Shown here: positions 63,501 to 64,000 of the stretch, in pieces | Position numbering within the stretch: position 1 is the first letter of the stretch | How the letters are laid out: every line of letters begins with the position of its first letter | Source: Podarcis cretensis | Taxonomy: Eukaryota | Direction: 5' to 3' | NCBI GenBank assembly: GCA_951804945.1 | Contig: OX638149.1 | Location: 77,376,001-77,440,000, forward strand | DNA length: 64,000 nt | Made by a program: the position numbers and the translations under genes | Notes under the pieces: model-generated | What the model was told of the DNA's origin: nothing | What the model saw: only the letters and a program-made list of their open reading frames with translations | Databases searched by the model: none

Positions 63501-63663
63501 TCTGTAACCTAGATGCACAGAGTTCTTTAGTACACTTCTATATAGTTTTAACACACATGGGGATTTCCTTTCATCTCTTCAGCCTTTAGACTTTCAGTCC
63601 CATTCAAAATATAACCAGAAGACCCCAAAGAAGTTCACTGAGCTTATGCCTTCTGGGAACACC

Positions 63664-63664
63664 T

Positions 63665-63703
<39 letters not shown>

Positions 63704-63704
63704 T
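63664..63704. repeat. (TTTA)10 microsatellite
   Basis: Read directly. Confidence 0.95.
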
Positions 63705-64000
63705 GGCCATCTGCTGCTCACTGCAACACCATGGCTGCCATGTTTCTTCAGACAGAGATCGGAAATAATTGATTTTCACGTAAGAAACATGCACACATTT
63801 TTGGATGAGACCAGAGGCTATGGTGACACTTTTTATTTAGCTAAGATGTTTATCTTTAGCCTATGCAAGCTTCTATTGGTAATTATTCCCTCCCCCCAGC
63901 ACTGCTCTAAAATGCTGGATGCAAAGGAGTAAAAAAGCATACATATATTTTTTTTAAAAAGCAACAGTAACTAGAGTAATTAAGTAATTAAGTAATCTTC

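Noticed and set aside
60526-64000. Upstream BRSK2 exon encoding DPPRKRVDSP...MAQHGQ
   Set aside because: Not found on reading; presumably beyond the window edge.

Overview
Vertebrate genomic DNA, not prokaryotic. The Sauria-SINE, Squam3-like SINE, L1, L2, CR1 and MITE content points to a squamate reptile, probably a lacertid lizard (inference). Most of the window is the 3' half of BRSK2 (SAD-A, AMPK-related BR serine/threonine kinase 2) on the minus strand. I read a 66-nt cassette exon, seven internal exons (61, 208, 49, 124, 181, 90, 48 nt) and a terminal exon with three alternative acceptors; all junctions are GT-AG with matching phases. They encode the Pro/Ser/Thr-rich linker, the AIS/KA1 region and the C-tail. 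A ~3-kb 3'UTR ends near 4440. The kinase and UBA exons are not seen and presumably lie beyond 64000. I see no new multi-gene system. The most interesting signal is the splicing architecture: a stop-free, in-frame 405-nt (135 aa) upstream extension of the Pro-rich exon behind a 230-nt AG-exclusion zone, C-terminus choice coupled to Pumilio-element-containing UTR, and several candidate unannotated exons. Human and mouse comparisons are from memory of the protein, not from a search.
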